A stretch of 64,000 nt of DNA from the human T2T-CHM13v2.0 reference genome, Homo sapiens. The translations under genes were made by a program, and so were the position numbers. The notes under the pieces were generated by a model, which was not told the origin of the DNA, did no database searches, and saw nothing but the letters and a program-made list of their open reading frames with translations. The number at the start of each line of letters is the position of its first letter. Position 1 is the stretch's first letter. The stretch lies in NCBI RefSeq assembly GCF_009914755.1, contig NC_060935.1, one strand, 5' to 3'. Positions 29,625-41,578 of the stretch are shown piece after piece.

Positions 29625-31043
29625 ATTGTTAAAATAAACATTTTGCGGAAATTTATGGAGGTTAACTTACTTAAAATCACATAGCTAGTAGGTAGCAAAG
29701 CCAGATTGAATGCGGCTCTGTGTGACTCAAAGATTTTCATTACTCACAGGCAGGCATAGTAGGGGCTCTTATTCCCACTTTTTCAGAAAGGGAAAACAAG
29801 TTGAGAAGTCTGGTAAATCAGAACTAGGGCTCAGCTCTAGTTTAGTAAATGCAGATATGTTAATCTCAGCAGCATGTTCCATGTTTGGAAATGTTCTTAC
29901 TACTTTGAGTAACTGAGTAACTGGAACATTTTAAGATCCAGAAAAAAATGTCAGGATTGAAAGAGATATTTAGGATCACGTAGTCCTATCAAGGTCAAAA
30001 TATCAATATTCTTCCAAAATATTGTTCTAGCCTGAGAGACTTACTGTGGATAGTCCATTACATCTTTGTCCATCTCTACCATAAAATCTGCCATTATGTT
30101 GACTTAGAATTTGCTTACCAGTTATTTTTATGTATATATTCTGAAAACTCCACATCCTTTATAAGGTAAATGGAACGTTGAGCTTCTACCTCTTTTTCTG
30201 ACTCTAGGACGTGACATGTCCTTTTCTCTATTAAAATAGGCCATTAATAAACTGTGACATTTGAAGCTCATGCTTGCTCTTAGGGATTTGATTGAGAATG
30301 ACTCTTGGGAACATTGAGTGAAAGAGGTTAATTACTATTGTTGTAATCAAAGCATTTTAAGCCTGAAAAATCAGTCACAATTACGAAGTTTAGTGGGAAA
30401 TGCCAAATAGACTCCCTCGGGACTCTAGGGGAATTGTTCCTGCTGTTTTGTTTTATTCAGTTAATGAAAGCTTGGTGGCCTGCATTAGAGCATTGTGGAA
30501 ACTGGAAACATGAAAACTTTTAATCTTTCTAAATGTTTGACAAAATTAAGTCATATTTTTCTTTCCTAAGAATGCTGCAATAATGATCCTTCTAATGGCC
30601 TGAAATAATAAACGTACCTTTATTTCTCTGTTAAAATGCAGATAAACTCTTCTTATTTTTGCAAAGATCTATAAAAGGTAACTTTCTCCATATTTATATT
30701 AGTCTATACCTAATCCTTATACTAGCCTAAAGCCCTAAGGTTGATGAATTAGAGTGATGACTAGATGTAAATAAGTGAACACAGATATTTTCTAGATTTA
30801 AAAAGTAGTCTCAAAAAGATATGGGATCGACACCTTCCAAAGCAGCCAGACATGGAATGGAGAGGTGGTCAATTAACATTTCTCTCTGACAGTGTATCCT
30901 GTATGTGTTCTTTGCATTGTGGCTCTTAGCGCCTCTATTCAAGGACACAAATTCAGTCTTTGGGACCCATCAATTTCTTACTATCAAAGCCTTGAAGCTT
31001 TGACATTTCTATCTATTAAAAGCCAGAGATTGCTGCATTAACT

Positions 31044-31226
31044 TAAGCAATTCAAATATAGTTTGTTTACTTGAGGCACACCTAATACAGAAGCAGAAGT
31101 AATAATTGAAAAATAAAAGAATAGAAAAGGGATACTAAGCAATTCAAGTGTAGTTTGTTTATTCGAGGCACACCTAATACAGAAGCAGAAGTAGTAATTG
31201 AAAAACAAAAGAATAGAAAAGGGATA
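31044..31226. repeat. Tandem duplication, 2 x 92 bp
   Basis: Unit taagcaattcaa...gaggcacacctaatacagaagcagaag...gaatagaaaagggata starts at 31044 and again at 31136. Confidence 0.9.
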
Positions 31227-31365
31227 TACAAAGCAAACATTAAGCAACATTGGTAGATTGTATTATTGTTCCATCATTATGCACCCTTCTTTTTAATAAG
31301 AGGGATTGCATATCTCCACTTACACATATCATGGGATTACAGGCATCAGCCTCTGCACCCGGTCA

Positions 31366-32571
31366 GGTATGTCTTTCTTATAACAATCCTTCAGTGACAT
31401 GAAAGCTACATTTTCTTTCCTTTCTTTTTTTTTTGAGATGGAGTTTCCTTCTTATCACCTAGGCTGGAGTGTAATGGCATGGACTCCGCTCTTTGCAACC
31501 TCTGCCTCCTGGGTTCAAGAGATACTCCTGCCTCAGTCTCCTGAGTAGCTGGGATTACAGGCACCTGCCACCACACCCAGCTAATTTTTGTATTTTTAGT
31601 GGAGATGGGGTTTTCCCATGTAGGCCAGGCTGGTCTTGAACTTCTGACCTCAGGAAATCTGCCCACCTCAGCCTCCCAAAAGTGCTGGGATTATAGGCGT
31701 GAACCACCGCGCCAAAAGCTACATTTTCAATGTGAGATTAAAAGGTATTTAGCAAAAAGTACATTTTTTTTATTTGCTGGCATAACTTCAGTGATAGCTT
31801 CACAAATTTGTTCTTCATTTTATATTACGATCCTTTCACTTAATTCATTTATCTTGAAATGGTGAACAGCTGCAGTTGCAAACCTCAATCTATGGTACAT
31901 ATAAAGCAATTCAACTTTTTCTTCTAACTTCATGACTTTGCCTCTTGGGAGCACTTTCAGCATCACCAGTGGCACTTCATATGAGTCCCATGGTGTTATT
32001 CAAGATTTACTGTATTGCACTAAGCATGAAAATATGCAAGAATCATGAGAGATTACTTTTTACTGTGATATGCAATTTACCAGAAAGACAAACTGCTCAC
32101 ATGGATATGATTAGTGTCATACCGTTTTCAGTGGATGGTCAACACTTGAGCTCAACGCAATAGCAACAGAGGTGGCTACAAAATTATTACAGTAGTACAA
32201 CATGTACTACAGTAAATTTTATGCAGTTATTATTTAACACTGCTTTTTTTGTATTTCTCTCAATTGCAACTGGTACTACATATTGTCTGTGTTTGTGTGC
32301 ATGTGTTGATAAATTTTAACTTTTTTATAACAGATTTGTGTATATAATGTGGTAATAAATAATAAAATAGACTAGTATCTACAGCTGTTATGCATTCATG
32401 ACACACGCAATGTTTTCTAATTTTTTTGATATTTCTAGTCTATGCAGCTTGTCTGCAAGAATTTTCAAATTGTCACAGATTTCCGAAATATTTTGCAACA
32501 TATTTATTGAAAAAAATCCATGTATAAGTAGACCTACATAGTTCAAACCTGTGTTGCTCAAGGGTCAACTG
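31366..32571 (-). mobile_element. Tigger2-like DNA transposon fragment interrupted by an Alu
   Basis: Terminal inverted repeat cagttgacccttgagcaacacaggtttgaac on the minus strand at 32571, followed by TA; transposase 5' remnants inward. Confidence 0.75.
31416..31714 (-). mobile_element. AluS (Sq/Sp-like)
   Basis: Near full-length dimer with the 14-bp TSD AAAGCTACATTTTC (31402-31415 and 31715-31728). Confidence 0.95.
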
Positions 32572-32573
32572 TA

Positions 32574-35200
32574 ATTGAAAAGAATAAATATTTACAATCA
32601 GTAATTTAAACTTCCATTTTAGGAAACTGGAAAAAGCAGAGTAAATCAAATCCAAAATAATCAGAAGAAAAAAATTAGAGAGGTCAATGAAGTTGAAAAC
32701 AGGAAATCAGTAAAGAAAATTAAAGAAAACCAAAAACTGGTTTTGCAAAATTATTAGTAAAATTAATAAACTTCCAGCCAGGCTAAGTAAGAAAAAGAAG
32801 AGAAGACACAAATTACTAATATCAGAAATGAAAGAGGTCATATAACAACAGATCCCATGGGGAGTAAAATAATAATAAAATAATTTTGTGAACACCTCTG
32901 TGGCCACAAATTTGATAACCAATTCTTTGAAAGAAACAATGTGCCACGACCAACATAAGAACAAACAAACACTCTTCATAGGCCTGTATCTATTAAAGAA
33001 ATTGAACTAATGATTAATAACCTTCCAAAATAGAAAGCACAAGGCCCAGATAGGTTCTCCTCTGAAATGTGCTAAACATTTGAAGAAGAAATTATACCAA
33101 TTTTCTATAACCTCTTCCAGAAGACAGAAGCAGAGGGAATTTTAAACATTCTATAAGGGTAGTGTTACCCAAAACCAGACAAAGACATTATAAGCAAATA
33201 AACTACAGAACATCTCTCATGAAGGTAGATGCAAAAATCTTCAACAAGATATTTCACCATTGAAAATCAACTAATGTGGCCCATCACATAACAGGCTAAC
33301 AAGGAAAAATCACATGATCATATCAATAGATACAGGAAAAGATTTGACAAAATCCAAGACTGGTTTATAATAAAAACTCTCCCAAAACAAGAAATAGAGG
33401 GAAACTACCTCAATCTGATAAAGAACATCTAGAAAAAAATTGACTTAAACATCATACTTAATGTTGAGAAATGAGAAGCTTTCCCACTAAGATCAGGAAC
33501 AAAGCAAATATGTCTCCTCTAATCGCTCCTTTTCAACATCATCCTAGACGTGCTGAAAGTGCAAGAAGAAAAGAAAATGTATACAAATTGGGAAGTCATA
33601 AATAAAACTGTTTTTGTTCACAGATGACATGATTGTATGTATAGAAAACCTGAAAGATTAAAAAAAAAAAAAACACCCAAGACTCCCGGATACAGGTTAA
33701 TGTATAAAAGTCAATTGCTTTCTTATATGCCAGAAATGAACACGTGAAATCTGAAATGTGAAAAACACAATCCCATTTACATTAGCATCCCCCAAATTAA
33801 AATACTTAGCTATAAATCTAACAAAATACTATAGTGCAAAAGTAATTGTGGCTTTTTGTCGTTAAAAGTAATGGTTGAAAACCGCAATTACTTTTGCACC
33901 AACTGTAATAAAATCCACCAGGAAAATTACAAAACTCTGATAAAAAATCAAATAACTCAGTAAATGGATATATATTACATATTCATGGATAGGGAGACTC
34001 AATATTGTCAAGATGTCAATTTTGCCTAACTTATTCTACAGTTTCAACACATTCCAATAAAAATCTCAGCAAGTTATTTTGTGGACATTGACAACTGGAT
34101 TCTCAAGTTTATAGAGAGATGAAAAAGACCCAGAATAGCCAACATAATATTTCAGAAGAACAAAGTCAGAGGACTGACATTACCTGATCTCAGGACTTAC
34201 TATGAAGCTGTAGTGATGAAGACAATGTGGTTTTGGTGAAAAAAAAAAGACAAATAGATCAACGGAATAGAACAGAGAGTCCAGAAATAGACCCAGGAGC
34301 AAAGGAAATTCAATGAAGGCTTTTCAATAAATGGTGCCAGAACAACTGGACATCAACATGAAAACAAAGAAATCTGAACACAGACCTTATACCTTCCAAA
34401 AAAATTAAATCAAGATGAATCATGGAAATAGATAAAACTAGAAGATAAGACAGGAGAAAATGTAGATGAATTTGAGTATGATGATGACTTTTTGGTAGAA
34501 CACTGAAGGCACAATAATAATTAATAAGCTGGACTTTATTAAAATTAAAAACCAGTGTGCTACAAAAGACGTTGTCAAGAATGAAAATACAAACCACGGG
34601 CTGGGAGAAAGTATTTGCAAGACATATCTGATAAAGGACTGTTATCCAAAATATACAAATAACATTTAAACACTCACCAAAAAAATGAAAAGGCTGATTA
34701 CAAACAGGGCAAAAGAATGGAACAGATACCTCATAGATGCCAAGTAACCATATGAAAAGATGCTTTTCACATTATAAATCACTAGAGAATTGCAAATTTA
34801 AACAATAAGACACATTCACATCTATTAAAGTGGTCAAAATTCACAATACTGACAACATCAAATGCTGACAAGGATGTGGTACGGCAGGAACTCTCATATA
34901 TTGCTGGTAGAATGCAAAATGGTATAGCCACTTTGGAAGACAGTTTGGAAGTTTTTTACAAAACTAAACACATTCTTCTCATATAACCCAGCAATCATGT
35001 TCCTTGGTATTTACCCAAAAAAGTTGAAAGCTTATGTTCACACAAAAACCTGCACACAGGTGTTTATAACAGTTTTATTCATAACTGCCCAAACTTGGAA
35101 ACAACCAAGATATCCTTCAGTAGGTGAAATAGATAAACCAACTGTGGTACAGTCTTACGATGGAATATTACTTAGCCCCACAAAGTATGAACCACAAAAA
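32574..35200 (+). mobile_element. Old L1M ORF2 and 3' region
   Basis: Degenerate ORF2 motifs (aaaaactggttt, gatgcaaaaatcttcaac, tgttcacagatgacatgat, aagacccagaatagcc) through the 3' region (MFLGIYPKKLKAYVHTKTCT). Confidence 0.8.
33834..33910. mobile_element. MADE1 (Hsmar1-derived MITE), palindromic
   Basis: gtgcaaaagtaattgtggctttttg...aaaaccgcaattacttttgcaccaac; inverted Hsmar1 TIRs around a short spacer. Confidence 0.9.
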
Positions 35201-35698
35201 GGCATGAAGGAACCAAGTTTTACTTACATAGATAGATTCAGGAATTCTAAAATAATTAGAAGATTTATTTCAGCAATTTATGAAAATAAATACAACATGA
35301 TCTCTACAGTGTAATATTGACCAACTTTCAAACATTTGAAAAGCTGGTCTATATAATTTTTATAGATGTATAAATTTGTAGTGAAAATGTCAACATGAAT
35401 GTAGAATCATCAGCAACGCATCCTTAAAAGTGTTTTATGATAGGAAACAAGAGATGGAAATGAAATTGGAGAAGTTTTTAGAGGAACATCAGTTATATCT
35501 ATAAATTTAACGGAAAAACTTCTCCAGGAAATAATGTTAAAATTTTATAAAGTTGGGTTGATGTGTACATAGGTGTTTGATCATCATTTTGTATTTCTTA
35601 TGTATGTTTGAAATATTTCACAATACAACTGTTATATATCATAAGTGTTTGTGATGTATAGACTTAACAATACAGAAAGTATTATTTATATGATAATA

Positions 35699-35704
35699 TT
35701 TATT
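35699..35704 (-). promoter_or_regulatory. Candidate TMEM225 polyadenylation signal AATAAA
   Basis: tttatt on the plus strand ~195 nt beyond the TMEM225 stop codon. Confidence 0.6.
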
Positions 35705-35897
35705 ATATTAACAACAAATGTTGCAGAAGAAACTATTCATTCAGCAGGCCAGGATTTTTTAAAAAACCATCTTCCAGATCTTTTTACAAACCCCAACCAT
35801 AATTCCAAATAGAGACAACATGGTTGGAGACACAGCACACACCCACAAAGCTTTTTCCATAAAGATGAGCATATACTGCAAGAAATAGATTGCCAAA

Positions 35898-36112
35898 TCA
35901 CAGAGCCCAGGTTACGTGACGTGTTTGGACTTTTTTGTTTAGGGAATTCACAGTGTGTGCACGGACAATGCTACGAGGCATTGCAGTGCGTTCTGGTAAT
36001 GAAATATCTTCGATAGAATTCTCAGATTCCTTACATTCGTTGTCAGATTTATGGATGTTCAGGCAGGTACAGCTACTGGTAGACAACTTGCACTCTAGGA
36101 GAGAGAGGACTC
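35898..36112 (-). CDS. TMEM225: TMEM225 coding exon 4 (215 nt incl. stop)
   Basis: Acceptor ttccctag|GAGTC; encodes VLSLLECKLST...KVQTRHVTWAL*. The four exons total 678 nt = 225 aa + stop. Confidence 0.95.
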
Positions 36113-36834
36113 CTAGGGAAAAGAGATTCCAGGGAGTGGGATGAAGGGACAATGGAGAGTCAGAAACAATTCTCTCCAATTTGGCTGAAGACCCTGACCC
36201 AAAGCCCAGTGGATCCCTTTTAACTACCGAAAGCCATCTGGGAGGTGAATGCTTTAATGGAAGAAACCGGAAGTGTATGTACAATAGCTTAAATTCTGCT
36301 CAGCTTAAGAAAATTGAGGATTCTTTTTGAAAGAGAACATGCTTCTTTTTGGGTTAGGAAGTGTAATTACAAATGAAATTTTAAAGACTTCTTAGGAAAG
36401 GGGAGACTTCGGTTTCGGTAGATGGCCATCTAGCATCAGATGTTGTTTCTCTCTGCCCTCAAACTGCCTTGACACTACACTGTACTCCCAAGGTCACTGT
36501 TCCTCTCCACAGAGGCTGAGCATTCTGTCTCAGACACCCACCTTGGTCATGACTTTGGTGGTTATCTCTGCCCCAAAGCGGGGAGGGTGTGAAAGGCAAA
36601 TAAAAGGCGGAGATGGGGAGCTACCCTCTGAGGCCAGGCACAGCAGACATCTCACATAGGCCTGACCTCCCACTCTTCTTGGAGGAACTGTCATCAGAGA
36701 ATGAATCCAGGTGAGCTGCAGCCTTTTAAAATGCAAGGTTTGGCACTTTTCCCTCTATTCTCATCTTTTTACCCTTCCCTCTGTCGGGGATGGATTGGTT
36801 CTTAACACCCTTCAGGGGCCCTGGAGACACTCAC

Positions 36835-36969
36835 CACAGACAGACAAGAAGAAAACATTTAAGTAAGCAGTATACATGATCCAGGTGATCCTATAACTAG
36901 AGAAGTGCATGGATTGACCTTGCTTCAGCTTATTGTGATATAGTATGAGTGCCCAGAGCAGAGAGATAC
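36835..36969 (-). CDS. TMEM225: TMEM225 coding exon 3 (135 nt)
   Basis: Acceptor ...catcag|GTATC after a long T tract, donor TGTG|gtgagt; encodes ISLLWALILYHNKLKQGQ...FFLSVC. Confidence 0.95.
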
Positions 36970-37249
36970 CTGATGTCCAGACAAAAAAAAAAAAAAAAAA
37001 AGAAAAAGAAAAAAGTCCCTTCTGAGGAACTTTGGCTCCTTGATGCAAGTCTTCATTCCATATACACTTGACTTCCCAACCCCCACCCGGTCCAACTACA
37101 CCTTGCCCAAAGACTGATCCTGATCCTGCTTTTATGGTAGATCTAACTCAGAAGCTACATATATATATATATAGTTTTCAGAGACTGCAGCCTGAACCCA
37201 CCCATCAAAGTACACCTACAAGCTTGTGTTAGGGGAGCCAGGAAGTTAC

Positions 37250-37396
37250 CTGAGAAGAAACTGAGGATGGTAGTGAAGAGTTGTATATATTTATTTTGAG
37301 GAATCAGATAGGTGAATTTCATACCCAGGATTAAGTTAAGGAGGAAGGAAAGGCCAAGGCTCGACGTCATCATAATCCTGACCACTTTCAGGTCAT
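37250..37396 (-). CDS. TMEM225: TMEM225 coding exon 2 (147 nt)
   Basis: Acceptor ttccaacag|ATGAC, donor TCAG|gtaact; encodes DLKVVRIMMTSSLGLSFLLNLILG...SFFS. Confidence 0.95.
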
Positions 37397-38004
37397 CTGT
37401 TGGAAAGCAAAAGCTGTTTTGAGAGGACAGATATTTCTTCTAGACTCATTTCTACCTGGGGTCCAGAAGTCTCTAGGTGAAAATTGGAATAGGGTGAAAG
37501 ATTTGATTAAACAATAAGAAAGAAGTTGGAAAATAACAAGCAGGGGAACCTTAAGCTGAATAAGAGAACCAAAAACATTTTCTCTATCCTGATGTCTCTC
37601 TATGTGTCTTTCTCTTCTATTATTTTCTTCAAACTCTATTCTTGTTAAATACCGCAATTCACTCCATCATCTAGTGGCAATACAGATTACTTAATGCCAG
37701 TTACGTTTCTTTCTTACCCACATGTCTAGTTGTGTGGATCACCCTGCTGCTACTGCTGAGACTTCTCAAATGCCCAGCAGTTAAGGCTGTGAACATATAA
37801 ACTTTTCTCCAGAACACCTAAATGGTGAGATTTTGGAATCTGCCTTGACTGTATTGACTATGGAAGGAAGGAAGAACACTGCAACTTGAGAAGCTGCACC
37901 AGAAAATAATGGGTACACTGGTGAGATTAATGCAAGTTAAGGAAAGCCAAGTTAAGGACACACCCTTCCTTTCCACCCGTCTCTTTCTAGAGTACAGTTC
38001 TGAC

Positions 38005-38185
38005 CTTCTGGCCAAAGAGCAGGGCAACACATCATCCAAGGACTGTGGTTCATCTTGGCTCTTTCATCTTCTGAAATCAATTCAACCCATTTATCTAAGG
38101 TGATTCCCATCACCATTAAGACTACGGCCCAGGAGGAGAAAAGTATGTTCATACCCTGGATACTTCTATTTGAAACATGCACCAT
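38005..38185 (-). CDS. TMEM225: TMEM225 coding exon 1 (181 nt); testis four-TM PMP22/claudin-like protein
   Basis: ATG at 38185; MVHVSNRSIQGMNILFSSWAVVLMVMGITLDKWVELISE...WPE; donor GAAG|gtcaga. Confidence 0.95.
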
Positions 38186-38420
38186 TGTGAGTGAAAATTT
38201 CTAGCTGGAACCACCACCACTATTTTGTAGATCTCTTCCTTGATTTGATTAGTTACAAGAAGGGTGATATCTGAACTTTCAGTGGTTGCTGAGGCATTGG
38301 TAACAGCAGAAGCTGAAGTAGTCTATAAAACAGAGAAGATAGATAACTCTCACCCTTCCTCACTTCCGTTATCTATCAGGGCCAGCCTGCTGTCAGGACT
38401 GCCAACTGCCATGGAATCAT

Positions 38421-38518
38421 CTATTGGTTTGACCCTTGACCCTGGGGCCTAGTGGAGTGAAAGAACCAAGGGGTCCAGAAGTCCTGAGAGAGCTATCAGA
38501 TATAGGGATCTGACATCA
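38421..38518 (-). promoter_or_regulatory. Candidate TMEM225 proximal promoter: CCAAT box, DR1 element, CRE-like TGACATCA
   Basis: ATTGG at 38423-38427; TGACCCTTGACCC (minus GGGTCA-A-GGGTCA) at 38430-38442; TGACATCA at 38511-38518; ~240-330 nt upstream of the ATG. Confidence 0.5.
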
Positions 38519-39449
38519 CATGTAGAAAGAGCTGTCACATACAGGGATCATTAGAGGCCTTGAATTAAGTTAGACGTGCATGACTAAAGAGGTCCAATTT
38601 AGGAGTTAGAATTACACGCTCCAAGATTAGTTAACATTTGGTAGGGGCCAGTGAAGAGGAAAAGGATTTCAAGATAATTGAGATAAATAGTTAGCTAGCT
38701 AGTATCACAACAGGGAATGACCACTCAAAATTTAGGATGTTTGAAGAAATGTGTGTTCCCATTGGGAGGTCCCAGTGACATTTAGTTAGGGAGTCATCCA
38801 GGAAATAAACCATCATCCTGAAACCAAACTACTGGCCTGATAGATACACTGAGCCATTATAGCCCAATCTCATTTATAAGGCATGGACAATCATTTCTTG
38901 ACAGAATTGCCTCTAACTTGGCATATAAAACAGTTTTGGATTCCTTGAGTAGGCAAACATGGTAGGCCTCAGAGTCAAGAGCTAGAGGACTTCTGCTACA
39001 ATCCAAAAAAAAAAAAAAAATTTGCCTTTTACACAACTAAGATGAACTTCATCTCCAAAGGCCTCACTCTGCGTATTTTCTGACCTCAATGCAGGTGACT
39101 TTCCTTGGCTCAAAATAGACTTTTTTTTATTACCTCAAACATGTCAAGCTGTCTTTCTTCTAGATCTCTCTACACATCTTTGTATACTTTATTATTATTA
39201 TTTATCGTTTTCATTTTTAAGCACAATACTCAACAATACACTTAATCTTATGAGGAAGGCTTTAGGGTTAAGAAAACGGACTAAGGATCCTGGTTTTAAA
39301 TTGTAGCTCTACCACTCAGTAGCTGTGTGGTCTTAGAGATAATAATGCTTCCTACTACCTAGGGATTTTGTAAAGATTAAATACGTTTAGAGACATAAAG
39401 CACTTGAAAGAGTCCTTGGCACATAGTATATGATCTGTCAGCAATTACC

Positions 39450-39803
39450 ATAGTATTAATTTGGGTTTTCTGGGAAAAGGCTCTGAGGCAGGAATTTGTA
39501 TCCAGGGAGTTTTTTTGTGAAGCACTTTTGGGAACCACACCTGTAATTGTTTAAGGGAAGCAGGTTTGAGCAGAAGTTGAACTGAGGTGTGGGTGCAACA
39601 GAAGAAGCCCTGGCTGACCCCACGAGGTGCTCTGGCTCTGGGGTGGTCCTTCAGAGTCATTCTTTATAGAGGCAAGAATGCCTAGCCTTTACACTGAGCA
39701 TCTGGCTGCCCCTAGGGTGTGATTTCCCTTCTTTCTCAAGAGATATTCCTAAATCTCCTAGAAACTGCAAGCCACAGCAGCTAACACTTCTGGTAGCTGT
39801 GGG
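39450..39803. mobile_element. Old ERVL-class LTR (LTR16-like) fragment
   Basis: Degenerate similarity: ttgggttttctgggaaaaggctctgaggcaggaattt...gggaagcagg...ggctgaccccac...ccttcagagt. Confidence 0.45.
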
Positions 39804-41249
39804 GATGAACTCCCACCCTTCACCAATCCCATATCAGGGTCAGCTTGTTTTTAGGGTTGCCAGCTGCCATGAAATTAACTATTGGTTTGACCCTTGACCC
39901 TGGGGCCTAGGGGAGTGGGGGGACCAAGAGGGTATATGGGAAACTCCTATTATGCTCTTTCATGTTGATAATTTTATTTCTATGCCATCGATTCTTAAGA
40001 GTAGAATTCCTGTGCTGAAAGGCTTTTGTTTCATTTTGGTTTTAACTGGTAGTGGCAGTAAAGATTTAAAGATGTAGCCAAATTAGAGAAAGAGATAGGA
40101 TGTGAAGGATGAGTAAGATACATGTCAAAAAGAAATCAAGTTTTTAGCTAGGGAGAACTAGTCAAAGATTCCATTCCAGATGGCATTCCAGCTGCCATTC
40201 CACCTGCCATTCCAGCTAGTCAAAGGTGCCATATAGTAAGCACTGGTCTGGTTAAGCTGAAGGTGCTTAGAACAGGCAATATACAGAAAAAATTTACTTC
40301 TGGAACTTGACAGGAGATTAGAGGGTTATCAACCTTGAATGAGATTGGGTGCATTCAGGGAGTAATAGACAACGGGTTATCAGACTTGAGATAGCAATTG
40401 AAACCTAGATGTGCATGTCACATATGCAGAAATATCACACAGAATGTGATAAGAGATAGAAAAGGAAAGGCCACTGGATTTGGCAATTAGAATGTCATTG
40501 GTGATTTTGGCCATAGCATTTTCAGTAGAATGATGAGAGAAGTAGTAGGATAATTTTTTTTTCTTTTAACAGGTGACAAGAGCAAATAAATAATGATAAA
40601 GGGAAAAAGAAAAATAGCATTGTAGCTTCAAGGTGAAATGTGCGATTTTGAAAATAGACAGTAGTATAATGACTTCCCATGTATCCTTCATCCAGCTTCA
40701 AAGCTCATCCTCTGAATTATTCTGAACCAAATCCTGACATAATTTTATGGTTAAATATTTGTGTCACTAGAAGATGAGGATTGATTTTTTTTTTTTTGCT
40801 GTAGATTCACGTACTCTGTTTTTTCTTAATATGGTTTATTATCAGTTTTGTTGGTCTTTTCAAGGTCCATTTATTTAGGTATTTATCCATTTGAAAATAT
40901 TATTTTCAAGATCATATTTCATTATTTTGAGTTATTATTTTTATTATTTTCCTTTTGTTTTTGCTTGTATCCCTTGAACTTCTTAAAATAGTTTTAAATT
41001 CTTTAATATGTGTAGACTTAGGACCATATATTTGTCTTTAGGCACTGAGTTTGCTATATCTCATACGTTTCCTGTAACTTTTTTTACTATTTTGCTTCTT
41101 ATTAGACAGTGTTTAATTTTAGGTTTGATTTCACCAAGAATTCAGGGATTGTCTGGGAGAAATTCTTAATTACCAAGCAGCTATCAATTTTAGATCACTG
41201 TTTAAATTTTTTTTCCTTTGTTAAAAATAAATTGTAATAAATATACCTT

Positions 41250-41578
<329 letters not shown>

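Noticed and set aside
31406-31865. Alu-derived ORFs (also at 41221-41497, 45368-45598, 60131-60355)
   Set aside because: Standard Alu translation artefacts.
36113-36284. N-terminal part of the 128-aa ORF 35898-36284
   Set aside because: Intronic read-through upstream of the TMEM225 exon 4 acceptor.
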